Shown piece after piece: positions 10,369 to 20,462 of a stretch of 64,000 nucleotides of DNA (position 1 is the stretch's first letter; the number at the start of each line of letters is the position of its first letter). The notes below the pieces were generated by a model that saw only the letters and a list, made by a program, of their open reading frames with translations, did no database searches and was not told the DNA's origin. The DNA comes from an uncultured delta proteobacterium. GTDB lineage: Bacteria > Desulfobacterota > Syntrophobacteria > Syntrophobacterales > Syntrophobacteraceae. The stretch is taken from contig CAWEHK010000002.1 of assembly GCA_963808625.1 (NCBI GenBank), forward strand, positions 1 through 64,000, given 5' to 3'. The position numbers were made by a program, and so were the translations under genes.

Positions 10369-11748
10369 ATGATGAAATCATCTCGGATTGTGGGAAGGGA
10401 AAATACTCTCACTGATCGAGAAGAACTCACCTGTTACGGTTACGATGCCAGCAAACTCAGGGCCTTGCCCGATGTGGTTGTTTTTCCAGGCAGTATGGAG
10501 GAGGTCGCAGCACTGATTAAACTGGCGAATCGTAAGCGGTTTCCGGTCTTTCCCCGAGGGGCAGGCAGTGGCATGGTGGGGGCGGCCGTGCCATGGAACG
10601 GTGGGATGGTCATGGTGCTCACCCGATTGAATCGGATCCTGGAAATCGATCCCGACAATATGGTGGCAGTTTCAGAACCAGGGGTAATAACTGGAGAATT
10701 TCAAAAGGCCGTTTTGCGTCATGGGCTTTTCTATCCACCCGATCCGGCCAGTCTTCAGTTCTGCACCCTTGGCGGCAATGTCGCCATGTGCGCCGGAGGT
10801 CCCAGAGCCGTCAAATACGGCGTCACCCGAGACTATGTACTGGGACTGGAGGCGGTTTTACCGACGGGTTCCGTCATCACCACCGGAACTCGGACCATGA
10901 AGGGTGTGGTTGGATACGATCTTACCCGCCTTCTCGTGGGGTCCGAGGGAACTTTGGGGATCTTCACGAAGATTATTCTTCGCCTGGTCCCCGCACCGGA
11001 AGGCGTGCGCACCCTGATGGCCGTTTTCCCGAATCTGGAAGGGGCGGCAAAAACGGTTTCGGCTATCATCAAGCAGCGCATCGTTCCTTCCACTCTCGAA
11101 TTCATGGATCAGGCCACGATCAAGGTCGTAGAGAACTACCTGCAGATGGGGCTGCCAACCCAGTCTGAAGCGATCCTTCTGATCGAGGTAGATGGCCGTG
11201 AATGCCTCCTCGACGGTGATGTGGAAAGGATCGGAGAAATCTGTCGTCAATGCGGCGCTTCCGAGGTCGAAATCGCCCATACCGAAGCTGAGCGAGAGCG
11301 TCTGTGGCGGGCTCGAAGAGCGGTTTCACCGGCGCTCGGCCAGATCAAGCCAGGGAAAATCAATGAGGACGTGACCGTCCCCCGTACGGAAATCCCGGCA
11401 CTCATTCGCGCGATCCAACAACTGGCAGAAAAATACGCCCTTACCATTGTTTGTTTTGGTCATGCTGGCGATGGCAACATCCATACCAACATCATGCTGG
11501 ACCGAAACAACAGGGATGAGCTCAGGAGGTCTGAGATGGCCGTTGAAGAACTGTTTCGGATTGTGCTTGGACTCGGAGGCACCCTGTCAGGAGAACATGG
11601 GATTGGCATCACCAAGTCCCCCTTCTTGCAGTGGGAGATCGGAGCGGAAGGTTTCGAGGCAATGTGGCGAATCAAGACAGCACTTGATCCCCTAAATATT
11701 CTGAACCCCGGGAAAATGTTCGTCCCCAACCGAGCCTTTTTTAACTAA
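10369..11748 (+). CDS. glcD: FAD-linked oxidase, glycolate/D-lactate dehydrogenase GlcD-like subunit
   Basis: 'PRGAGSG', 'YPPDPAS', 'GGNVA...GGPRAVKYGVT', 'GHAGDGNIH', 'SGEHGIG', 'DPLNILNPGK'. Confidence 0.85.
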   Translation: MMKSSRIVGRENTLTDREELTCYGYDASKLRALPDVVVFPGSMEEVAALIKLANRKRFPVFPRGAGSGMVGAAVPWNGGMVMVLTRLNRILEIDPDNMVAVSEPGVITGEFQKAVLRHGLFYPPDPASLQFCTLGGNVAMCAGGPRAVKYGVTRDYVLGLEAVLPTGSVITTGTRTMKGVVGYDLTRLLVGSEGTLGIFTKIILRLVPAPEGVRTLMAVFPNLEGAAKTVSAIIKQRIVPSTLEFMDQATIKVVENYLQMGLPTQSEAILLIEVDGRECLLDGDVERIGEICRQCGASEVEIAHTEAERERLWRARRAVSPALGQIKPGKINEDVTVPRTEIPALIRAIQQLAEKYALTIVCFGHAGDGNIHTNIMLDRNNRDELRRSEMAVEELFRIVLGLGGTLSGEHGIGITKSPFLQWEIGAEGFEAMWRIKTALDPLNILNPGKMFVPNRAFFN

Positions 11749-11754
11749 TTTTCG

Positions 11755-11892
11755 CTACTGCTGCGAGGCGGCAATCTTTTCCAGAACTTCCAAATTCCTG
11801 CCCAACCGTTTCTGGTTGGTCTTTACATTAGTTTTGTTTGCCCGGGCTTTCCGGGCGCGAACTTTCTCGGTCTTTTGAGTTTTTGAAGCCAT
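11755..11892 (-). CDS. 45-aa basic hypothetical protein
   Basis: MASKTQKTEKVRARKARANKTNVKTNQKRLGRNLEVLEKIAASQQ*, RBS GAGAGGAG. Not in the ORF track. Confidence 0.65.
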   Translation of the reverse strand: MASKTQKTEKVRARKARANKTNVKTNQKRLGRNLEVLEKIAASQQ

Positions 11893-12075
11893 GTTGTTGC
11901 TCTCCTCTCACAAATCGGCTTTTTTCATGTGACGAAGCGCCTATATCATCTTCCGCTTTTCGTTGTCACGAAAAACTTCGGTGAAAGCATTGATTCATCC
12001 GGATTGACAGGCAACGGGTTCGCTCGATCCGATTCACCAGCCTCTGGAGTGCCGGGTAGCTGGCCGCCACAATGA

Positions 12076-13212
12076 TTATGCAGCCAGAAATAGAGCTGCT
12101 TCCAGGCACGAGGAAGATATCGCAGGAAATGGCGTTTTGCCTTTAACCAGCCCGAGATAGCTGTAGGCCCCAAGAACCTGCAGATTTCGGCAGAGGCGAA
12201 GCACGCCATAGGATTTCAGGAAACACCCAAAGGAACCATCCTGATAGCGACGCGCTTGCGACCAGTACAGGGCAAGGGCTTTCCTTTCCATTTCCGGGGA
12301 TATCCGGACATAAGGATCGATCAGGAGCGAGGCGAGGTCGTAAGCGGGAGGGCCGAAGCGCATTCCCTGAAAGTCTATAAGCCGCAACCGGCGCCCATGG
12401 ATCATGATGTTACGGCTTTGAAAATCCCGATGAATGACATGCGACAAAGGTAGTGACGCCGGCAGCTTCGGCGATATTTTCAAAATCATGGCGGAGGTCG
12501 TCAGGACCAATTTCAAGCCCGAGACAACCGTTGAGGAAGCGTTCGCGAAAATATTCCAATTCCCGTTGGTAAACGAAAGCAGAATCGTACACGACGGTAT
12601 CAAAACAGTAGCCTGTTTCAAAACCCTCCCGAGCTCGCCGCTGCATATCCACCAAAAACTGCACGACGCGATGATAGACGGGAAAGAGATCAATTCTGCG
12701 CCGGTTGACAAGGGTTTGCAGATGGAAGTCACCCAGATCTTCAAGCAAAAAGTACCCCTGGGCAAGGTCAGCCCAATAGATGCGGGGCACTGGCACGTTG
12801 CGGCGGCAAGAGATGATTGCCAATAAGGAAATACGAATCGTTTTCGTCGATTCCCTCGGTGCTTCTGCCGGGGAGAGATCAGAGCAATCAGGTGGAAGGT
12901 TCCGTCGCGAACTCGAAAAAACCTTCGTTCAGAACCATCACCCAAAAGCGCGCTCAACTGAACCCGATCCTTAGAAAACCCTGCTGCTCCCGAGCATTTC
13001 TCGAACCAGATTGGAGAATTCTCGATCGAGACAAGCGTTCAAAAAGTCCTCCCCTGGCGTTTCGACTGAAGGCCGCGCCGAGAAAAAGCCTCGAAAGCAG
13101 TTGTTCGGGGCCGGAAGGATCGCTCGCCTTCGGCTCGGAATAGGTCTTCCGGAGAGACCACACGGCTCGCCAAAACTTCACCTCACTGATCCGATGAGAA
13201 TCTCGTTTTCAT
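12076..13212 (-). CDS. Aminoglycoside-phosphotransferase-family kinase, AmgK-like (frameshifts; start approximate)
   Basis: 'GDGSERRFFRV', 'FLLEDLGD', 'HRDFQSRNIM', 'IDFQG...GPPAYDLASLLIDPY', 'RNLQVLGAY'; adjacent to a MurU-like gene. Confidence 0.8.
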
Positions 13213-13227
13213 GGACACCCGCCACCA

Positions 13228-14148
13228 CTACTCCATCGCCACAATGCAATTGCGCAGTTTGCTTTGCGGGTGAACTTCAACATCATCCCAGAGCACCGAG
13301 TCCTCGACTTCTGCTCCGTCCCCAACACGCGTTCCTCTGCCAACTGAAACATATCCTCGCAGGTGGGAAGCGGGGGAAACTTCGGCCTCAGGATCAATCC
13401 AGACCTTTTCTCCGGTTCGCAACGGGGGGATGAGATTCTCTTCCAGGTTGCGAAGTTCCCCATGCAGGAGTTGGTAGCTCTCAAGAGACCCTGTTTCCCG
13501 CCAGAAAAATTCCGGCATCCGCAGGGCGTGAGGCGGCTGCCCGGAGTGGATCATTTTCCTGTAAACCGTCAGGATGTCTTCCGGGTGGCCTGCGGGGAAA
13601 CCTTCCAGAATCCCCGGATGGACAATCTGGATCCCGGTAAAGGCCAGGCATTGTCGATCCGAGCTTTCCCTTGTGAGTCCCCGCGCTTCTTCTCCGAAAC
13701 CCAGAATGCGCCCCTCAGAGTCCACGGCAACATTATTGAATTCCGGGCAATCATGCAGGAGAAGACCGGCGGGAGATCCGGATTCGAAATACTGGTGCCG
13801 GAGGCCTGGAAGAGGAACATTACAGATGATGTCCCCGTTGACTACCAGGAAAGGCTGTTCCTCGAAAAAATCGAGAACATTTCTGATGCCTCCGCCCGTG
13901 CCCAAGAGTACGGGCTCGACTCGAACCTGCACGGGGATTGGCCAGCGCTTCCTTCGGACTGCTTCCGCCAGTGGCTCATGGAGATGATAGGCGTTGATCA
14001 CAACCGCTTCAAACCCGGCGTGATGAAGGCGCCAAATCCAAAAGTCAAGGACGGTAGTCCCGGCGATGGGCACCAGGACTTTGGGGCGAACCAGGGTCAG
14101 CGGGCGCAGCCGGGTTCCCAGCCCCGCAGCAAGTATCATCGCCCTCAT
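13228..14148 (-). CDS. NDP-sugar nucleotidyltransferase (MurU/GMPP-like) with C-terminal hexapeptide repeats
   Basis: 'MILAAGLGTRLRPLT..RPK', 'LGTGGG', 'VVNGD'. Confidence 0.85.
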   Translation of the reverse strand: MRAMILAAGLGTRLRPLTLVRPKVLVPIAGTTVLDFWIWRLHHAGFEAVVINAYHLHEPLAEAVRRKRWPIPVQVRVEPVLLGTGGGIRNVLDFFEEQPFLVVNGDIICNVPLPGLRHQYFESGSPAGLLLHDCPEFNNVAVDSEGRILGFGEEARGLTRESSDRQCLAFTGIQIVHPGILEGFPAGHPEDILTVYRKMIHSGQPPHALRMPEFFWRETGSLESYQLLHGELRNLEENLIPPLRTGEKVWIDPEAEVSPASHLRGYVSVGRGTRVGDGAEVEDSVLWDDVEVHPQSKLRNCIVAME

Positions 14149-14204
14149 GATCGTGATTCAGGGCAAGCGATTGAAGACATCGTGGTTAATCAAACATTTT
14201 CTCG

Positions 14205-16958
14205 TTAATCAAATACCTTAATCACGACTGCGGCCCCCAGCGCTGACTGGTAGAGGATCTGGACCCAGTCTTTCAACTCTCTCATCCAGGCGATTCTCTC
14301 AATCTCTACCGGTACGACTATCGTATCTCCTGGCTCAATCAGACCGGGGGACCCGGATTCCCATTGACGATTGCCGCTATTCCAGAACAGGCCCCAGCCC
14401 GGTCTAATCGTCGAGCCATCCACCTTGACGATGTAAAGTTGACTCTTATCGGCTGCTCTACTGAATCCGCCGGCGCGATCAACGTAGTAGGAATAGTCCT
14501 TGGTGGGCTCGAACACGAAGTTGGCTTGGCTGTACACCGCACCGATGACCTGAACGGTTTGGGGATTCATCGGGATCTGCAGTACATCACCATCTTCCAT
14601 CTCTACATCCAGGGCACTGTTTCTGGACTTCCTCGCCTCATCAACGTTGACCACCATTCTGCCGCTCACCTGGAACTGCTTCAAACTGGCCAAAAATGCC
14701 TGCTTTTGTTTCGTTTCGGTCATCTGAATCTCGGCATCCGCCGCACTCAGTGATCCGGCTATATCCGCGGAGGACATGGCCAGCAACTCTTTTTCCAGTC
14801 TCCCGACCATCTCATTGATTTGCTTTTGCTGAGTATCTTTGAGGGACAATCGCGTTAGCGTTGCTCCTCTGAGATAGGCTTTGTCGGTGAATCCTCCCGC
14901 CCGATCAAGGAGAGCGGAAAGCCTTTCTCCCTTTTTCAAAGCGTAGTCCCCCGGAAATTTGACTTCACCGGTGATGTTGACCTTGCGGTAAAGCTGCCAA
15001 TCAGGAACGGCCCTGACAAAAAGGTAGTCGTCCTCCTGCAGGGTAATGTCGGCCTCTGAGTCTCCGGCAAGGGCCTCATCCGGGTTAACTGAAAGTTGCT
15101 GAGTCATGGGTCCGGTCGCCATCGGCGTGACCCTGGTCAGTTCCGCCTTCGAGGTGTACGCAAATTTTCTGAATCCCCCGGCGAGCTTCAACAGATCGGA
15201 GAGCTTCATGTTCGGTCTGAACTCAAATTCCCCGGGCTTGTTCACGGCACCCGTGATCCGGACCTTTTCTTTTTGAACCATCTCCCACTTATTGAAGACG
15301 GTCACGATATCATAGGGTTCGAGTAAAATATTGGTTGTAGCTGTCAGGTCTGAACAGGACCGCCTCCAAATCAAACGAGCGATACTCCTGATGGTAATCG
15401 GGAGGAACCAGTCTGGTCACCAGAGCATAGTTGAGAAAGGTATCCGGGAGCAGACTGCCAACCGCCGGGAGCAGATCTCTGGCGCGCATCCCGGGTTTCC
15501 ATTCATATTCACCCGGCCTTCTGACGTTTCCCTGAAGCACGACTTTGTTGGTTACCTGAGGAACAATGGGGAATATTTTGACAATATCCCCATCCTGCAG
15601 CGGGAATATCATGATTTCCTTTGAAATATGCTCCAGGTTGACATCGACGATAATTTTGGCTCTGTCTTTGGAAGACTCGCTCCACCTGCACCCTCTGCAG
15701 ATATGCGGCAGCAGTCACTCCTCCCGCCAATTTAAGGCCTTCGGACAGCATCGTTTTGCCCTTCAGCTCATAAATGGCTGGCCGCTCGACGTTTCCGGCG
15801 ACTCCCACGATGGGGCCAATCGGCGGGATAAAGATGACATCCTCGGGCAAAAGTCTCATGATCTTTGGTCTTATCACCCCTGATGAGGAAATCGTACAGA
15901 TCCAGATGTCCGACTGTCTCGCCATTCCTCTTCAGTTGGATCCCTCGCATACTGCCGGCCTTACTCGGCCCCCCGGCCACCATGAGGGCGTTGACGATCG
16001 TGGAGAGAGACGACACCGAATAGGCTCCGGGGGCCCGGGCATTGCCAACCACATACACGGTTATGGTCCGGAGTGACCCCAGGCTCACGTTCATTTGGAA
16101 GTCTTTGTAGTACTTTGATAGTTCCTTCAACAGGAGTTCCCTCAGCTCCTGGAAATTCAGACCGGTTACACCGATGGTTCCCACTTTCGGAATGGAGATA
16201 TTTCCATCCCGATCCACAACCGCGCTCCACGAGCCCTCAATGCCTCCCCAGACCGCAATGCGGACCTCATCTCCCGGCCCTATCACATAATCCGGACCCA
16301 CCGGGACATTGGCCGAAGGGTATGCCGAGAGCCTGGATGCGCGGCGCCGGTATTCCCTGAAAAACGGATCGCACCCTGAGGCACGGTCTGGCCACAGGAG
16401 ATGCTCCGCCGCAGCCTTGCCTGAGATAAATTGTTCAAACGGAGCACCAGGCGTGGCCGCCGCTACCTGGCAAGGATGCAGCAGCTCCGCCCAAAAAAAG
16501 ATCGTAACCGAACTGTTTGATATCAAATGAAATGGTTGCGGGAATCATTCCTGACACATATTGCTCAATGGGGGATAGCTCCTGGTCTGCTGGGGAGCGG
16601 GCTGGCATGGAGTAGAGCGCCCCGTCACGCGGAGTTCGGAACCCGCCGGAGGTTGCTGTCCCGGCGTGAGTTGGACCAGTTGAGGATGGGTATGCCACAC
16701 CTGGAAGCCCGGGGATTGAACACCGGGCGGACCAGCAGAAACCGATGATGGCATGCCCGGCGCCGAGGGGCCTTGAACTGCCGGTCCCTGGGCTTGTGGG
16801 GCTGCCCCGTGGGGGGGGTCGCAGCCCCACCCTCGTGGACCACCACCAGGAGCCGGCAATGGCAATACCGGGACAACCTGTGAAAGGCTCAGGCTCGAGC
16901 AAAGAAGGCTGCCGATGAGCAACCCCAAAAAGACCAATTTGATCCTGAAAGTCATACT
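14205..16958 (-). CDS. Polysaccharide export protein with multiple SLBB domains (Wza/KpsD-like; frameshifts)
   Basis: 'PDYVIGPGDEVRIAVWG...VDRDGNISIPKVG' Poly_export motif, repeated 'V.I.G.V..PG.Y' SLBB units, C-terminal 'PGDTIVVP'. Confidence 0.85.
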
Positions 16959-17355
16959 GGGAGCTCCTGCTTGATTGGAATTACTCAAGTAACCGGTTCA
17001 GAGGCGCCAGAGCCAGCAACCAACGATTCCTGCCGTTCGTGGCTTTGGAGCAAGAGCAAGGAACATACCCGCAAATAAGATCTCCTGCCCTGAATCTGCC
17101 ATGATGATGACAAGGCGTATTTATCATTGACAATCGTTCCATTGTCAAGATGTTCAGTATTCCATCAACAATTATCGATTTCAGGAAGAACGCTCCTCTG
17201 CTGTTTGCCAAAGGGGGAATCTCATGAGAGAAGTCCGTCTGCAGAGTGGAAAATCATTAACTGTTTTTTAGAGTGAAGAGGGAAGGTCAGAGTACAACGG
17301 TCAGCCAAAAATGAGAACAGCTGCATACCGCCCTCACTTGACACTTCTAGCCAGC

Positions 17356-17384
17356 TTGACACTCGCTCAGGTACATGGTATTAG
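17356..17384 (+). promoter_or_regulatory. Sigma70 promoter of tRNA-Thr
   Basis: TTGACA-17 nt-TATTAG with extended TG, 15 nt before the tRNA. Confidence 0.7.
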
Positions 17385-17399
17385 CCTCTCAAGATTTAA

Positions 17400-17474
17400 G
17401 CCGGCGTAGCTCAGTGGTAGAGCAGCTGATTCGTAATCAGCAGGTCGCGGGTTCGAATCCCATCGCCGGCTCCA
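17400..17474 (+). tRNA. tRNA-Thr(CGT), integration target
   Basis: GCCGGCG acceptor stem, anticodon arm GCTGA-TTCGTAA-TCAGC, GGTTCGAATCC T-arm, encoded CCA. Confidence 0.96.
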
Positions 17475-18589
17475 ATAATTCCAGCTAGTTGCAGTTTGCC
17501 AGTTTCCCCGTCACAGCCCGTTGTGACGTTTTGTGACAAATCCGATCCGTCAATCCACGCCGCACAACCCGTTAGATCATTCAGCAGGTCAATCGTCTCC
17601 CGCTTGTGCTCCTGGGAAAGGTGGGCATATCTTAAGGTCATGGTCATTGTCTTGTGACCGAGAATTTCTTGAACCTCCTTCAAGCTCGCGCCACGCATGA
17701 CTAAATGGCTCGCAGCCGTGTGACGCAGGTCGTGAAAGTGGAAATCCCGAATCCCTGCGCGCTTCAGAGCAGCGTTGAAAGCCGTCTTGCAATCTTCAAC
17801 TGGCTTCCCCTGGTAAGTGAACACCCAAGGTGATTTGAGGCCCTGTTCCTTCCGAATCTCCATGAAGAGCTCTGCCAGGCGACCGCATACCGGGATCTGC
17901 CGGGCCTCGTCGGTCTTGATATGTTGCTGTAGATAGATGAACCCGTTTCGGATCTGCTCCCATTTTAGGGGAAGAATTTCGCCCTTCCGCATCCCGGTGA
18001 GCAGGGCCGTTTCCACAATGCGCTGCAAATACGTTGGGCACTCCCCGAGGAGTTTTACGATTTCATCTTCAGTCAGGAACCGGAACCGCTTGTTATTCTC
18101 CTTCATGAGCAGGCTTTTCTTGCCGGTGAACGGCGACTTCTCGACAAGCTCCCACTCGACGGCCTTGGTGAAAACGTGGTGTAGTGCGGCTGTTTCCCGG
18201 TTCGTGCTGGCAACAGTCCGGATCGTCCCGTGCTGTGTCATGCTCCTGAGCAGTTGGTTGCGGTAGCTTTCAAGGTCCACATAGCGGATATTGGAAAGCA
18301 GCGTTTCTTTCCCGAAGTGTTCCTTCCAGCGCTCGATGCAAAACACCTTCCAGTTGTTGAAACTGCGCTGCTGCCCGTAGTTTTCCTTGTACTTCTCAAT
18401 CAATTCGCCCAAGGTAACCCGCGAGTCCTTCTTAACGTCCAAGTATCGGTTTTCAGCGATCAGACTAACCCGTTTTGCAAGCTCGGCTTCCGCGTCCTTC
18501 TTCTTGTCGAACGATAGCCTAATGCGCTTGCCACTTGGGTCGGCGTAGTCGATCTGCCACGCATCGCCTCTCTTCCTGAGCTTCGCCAT
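17411..18589 (-). CDS. Tyrosine recombinase/integrase
   Basis: 'TGMRKGEI', 'HFHDLRHTAAS', 'ILGHK...TLRYAH'; N-terminal arm-binding region. The ORF runs through att into the tRNA antisense. Confidence 0.93.
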   Translation of the reverse strand: MAKLRKRGDAWQIDYADPSGKRIRLSFDKKKDAEAELAKRVSLIAENRYLDVKKDSRVTLGELIEKYKENYGQQRSFNNWKVFCIERWKEHFGKETLLSNIRYVDLESYRNQLLRSMTQHGTIRTVASTNRETAALHHVFTKAVEWELVEKSPFTGKKSLLMKENNKRFRFLTEDEIVKLLGECPTYLQRIVETALLTGMRKGEILPLKWEQIRNGFIYLQQHIKTDEARQIPVCGRLAELFMEIRKEQGLKSPWVFTYQGKPVEDCKTAFNAALKRAGIRDFHFHDLRHTAASHLVMRGASLKEVQEILGHKTMTMTLRYAHLSQEHKRETIDLLNDLTGCAAWIDGSDLSQNVTTGCDGETGKLQLAGIIGAGDGIRTRDLLITNQLLYH

Positions 18590-18781
18590 TATTTATTTAC
18601 CTCCTGGTCAGCCCCGGGCCCCCACAACACGGGAGCCCTGGGGATGTTTCTGTCAACTATGCTCTCCCGATAGGGGATACTCTTCACCAAACACCCCCGC
18701 AGGCGTGCCCATTCCCCACAATTCAAGCGTTTTGTGCTGCCAAAGACCTTCTATCCAGGCCGTGTACTTGTCGCCGTATCC

Positions 18782-19222
18782 CTAGATGCTCAGCGCTTTA
18801 CGCCATGAATCCCGCCACACCTGCCAAAACACCCGCGGCATGTTCGCGTAGCGTAGGGCCCCGATGATCCCAGTAACGCTGTCGATGAGAAGAAAGCTCA
18901 CCATGTTCGACTTGTCCCACAGCTCGACCCGATTTCCCCACTCGATGGCTGGGTATTTTGTTGGGTCGTAAACAAGCTCATAAATCAGGGGCGAGCCCTT
19001 GAACCGGATCATTGCGAGCACCATGGCGCCGCTCTCGTCGGTGAGATACCGGGTCAGGATCTCGGCTTTTCTGACAAACTGCCGCTCCTCTTTTGACGGA
19101 TCCCTCATGTACATCACAATGAACCAGTCACCCTCTGCCCCCTGCTCGAACCTCGCGCCGTCGACGGATGTTGTGGGCCAGAACGGCACCGGCGCCCGCT
19201 GTCCTACTGCAAGCGTGAACAT
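18782..19222 (-). CDS. Hypothetical protein (probably extends to ~18655 across a frameshift)
   Basis: 146-aa ORF coupled to the upstream gene; no motif recognised. Confidence 0.55.
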   Translation of the reverse strand: MFTLAVGQRAPVPFWPTTSVDGARFEQGAEGDWFIVMYMRDPSKEERQFVRKAEILTRYLTDESGAMVLAMIRFKGSPLIYELVYDPTKYPAIEWGNRVELWDKSNMVSFLLIDSVTGIIGALRYANMPRVFWQVWRDSWRKALSI

Positions 19223-19225
19223 GGC

Positions 19226-19537
19226 TTATGCCTCCTCGAGGTCGTCTGCAAAGTGCTCTTCAAGCTCGTCGGTAAAGTCTTTCTCTTCAAGCCATTGCCG
19301 CGCCACAGCCGCGCTGATCGGTTCCAGACCATCACCGCCACTGCTCCCATTGCCGACGGGACGCGCATACTTGCTCAGCGCTCCACCTTCCCCGGCAATA
19401 AACCAGCTCCCTTTCTTAGTGCGGTAAAGACCTTCCTCGCAGTAGTGAAAGTCGTTTGGGAAATAGTGATTGCTCCAGAATGCAATGCAATCCGCCGTCT
19501 CGGTGTCGTACTTCTTGCCGTCGATGATTCTTTTCAT
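19226..19537 (-). CDS. Phage/plasmid-type hypothetical protein
   Basis: MKRIIDGKKYDTETA...LYRTKKGSWFIAGEGG resembles a common mobile-element protein of unknown function; RBS GGAGGTG. Confidence 0.7.
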   Translation of the reverse strand: MKRIIDGKKYDTETADCIAFWSNHYFPNDFHYCEEGLYRTKKGSWFIAGEGGALSKYARPVGNGSSGGDGLEPISAAVARQWLEEKDFTDELEEHFADDLEEA

Positions 19538-19694
19538 GGTGGCACCTCCAAAAAAAATAGCGGGTGCTCTCAAGGTCCACTTAAAGACCTCCCCGGCCCT
19601 TGCGGAATCCGGGACACCCGCTAATTTGATTGTCGGTCCAATAAAAATAGCCATTTCGGTGGCCTTCCGTTAAGTGATGTTTTGAGAGGGTTTC

Positions 19695-19722
19695 AGCATA
19701 CAGGAATCACCATGATTGTCAA
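19695..19722 (-). promoter_or_regulatory. Internal sigma70-like promoter with palindromic operator
   Basis: Minus strand TTGACA-16 nt-TATGCT; palindrome AATCA-CCA-TGATT overlaps the -35/spacer. Confidence 0.55.
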
Positions 19723-19782
19723 CTAAAAAGCACCTGATTGTGCCTCAGAGGTCGAAACTTTTATTGCTGTGATGCCAAGGCC

Positions 19783-19965
19783 TTACGAACTGCCAGTGAC
19801 GGCAAGTGACGGTTCGGTGCTCACGTCTGACCATTGGACGAATAGCGTTCCGGCTGGCGCGTCCGGTGGCGGCGGCTCCCCTGGTTCGAGCCACACTAAT
19901 TGCGGCTTGCCCCGGCCGGAGAGCTCTTCAAGCTTGGCGATGCGATCACTCAGGCTCTTTGCCAT
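19783..19965 (-). CDS. Small hypothetical protein with RIAKLE coiled-coil motif
   Basis: MAKSLSDRIAKLEE..., RBS AAGGAG. Confidence 0.6.
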   Translation of the reverse strand: MAKSLSDRIAKLEELSGRGKPQLVWLEPGEPPPPDAPAGTLFVQWSDVSTEPSLAVTGSS

Positions 19966-19975
19966 GACTTGCTCC

Positions 19976-20176
19976 TTACGCTAAATGGCTCAGCATCACC
20001 TCATGTGTGCGGGGTCCGCCTTCGCCCTGAACTTCCCGGATGAATGCCTCTCGCTCGGCTGCTGACAGAACCTCACCGCTGAGTTTGATGAGGTCATCGA
20101 CATAGGAGCTGCAATCCGGTGAGTAGCCGCCCGACCTTTGTTCAAGCTTACAAATGCGTTGCAAAAGGGTTGCCAT
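19976..20176 (-). CDS. Small hypothetical protein with RICKLE coiled-coil motif
   Basis: MATLLQRICKLEQR..., RBS AGGAGG. Confidence 0.6.
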   Translation of the reverse strand: MATLLQRICKLEQRSGGYSPDCSSYVDDLIKLSGEVLSAAEREAFIREVQGEGGPRTHEVMLSHLA

Positions 20177-20226
20177 GCCCCCTCCTGATGGACCCGGGGC
20201 CCCCAATCTGAAGGCCCCGAATCGGT

Positions 20227-20445
20227 TTAGCCGCGTTTCAGATGGACCTTTTTCAAATTCCTGGCTCTCTCAACCAGAAAGTCCGCTGAAATTTCCAGGT
20301 CACGGGCCACTAGCTGTGGGACGGCCCCACCGCCTGCATCTTTAACGATTTGCTGGTCCATCAATGCGTCAAAGGCTATCAAAAAATTAGTCCTGGCAGT
20401 CGCCAGCCCCGCTAAACTCGTTGTCCTATCTGTTGCATTGCTCAC
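20227..20445 (-). CDS. Hypothetical protein
   Basis: 72-aa ORF with AAGGAG RBS in a co-oriented array. Confidence 0.5.
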   Translation of the reverse strand: MSNATDRTTSLAGLATARTNFLIAFDALMDQQIVKDAGGGAVPQLVARDLEISADFLVERARNLKKVHLKRG

Positions 20446-20462
20446 TTATTTCTCCTTTGAGG

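Noticed and set aside
17318..17334. ops/JUMPstart element upstream of the polysaccharide export gene
   Set aside because: GGCGGTATG deviates from GGCGGTAG and the rest of JUMPstart is missing.
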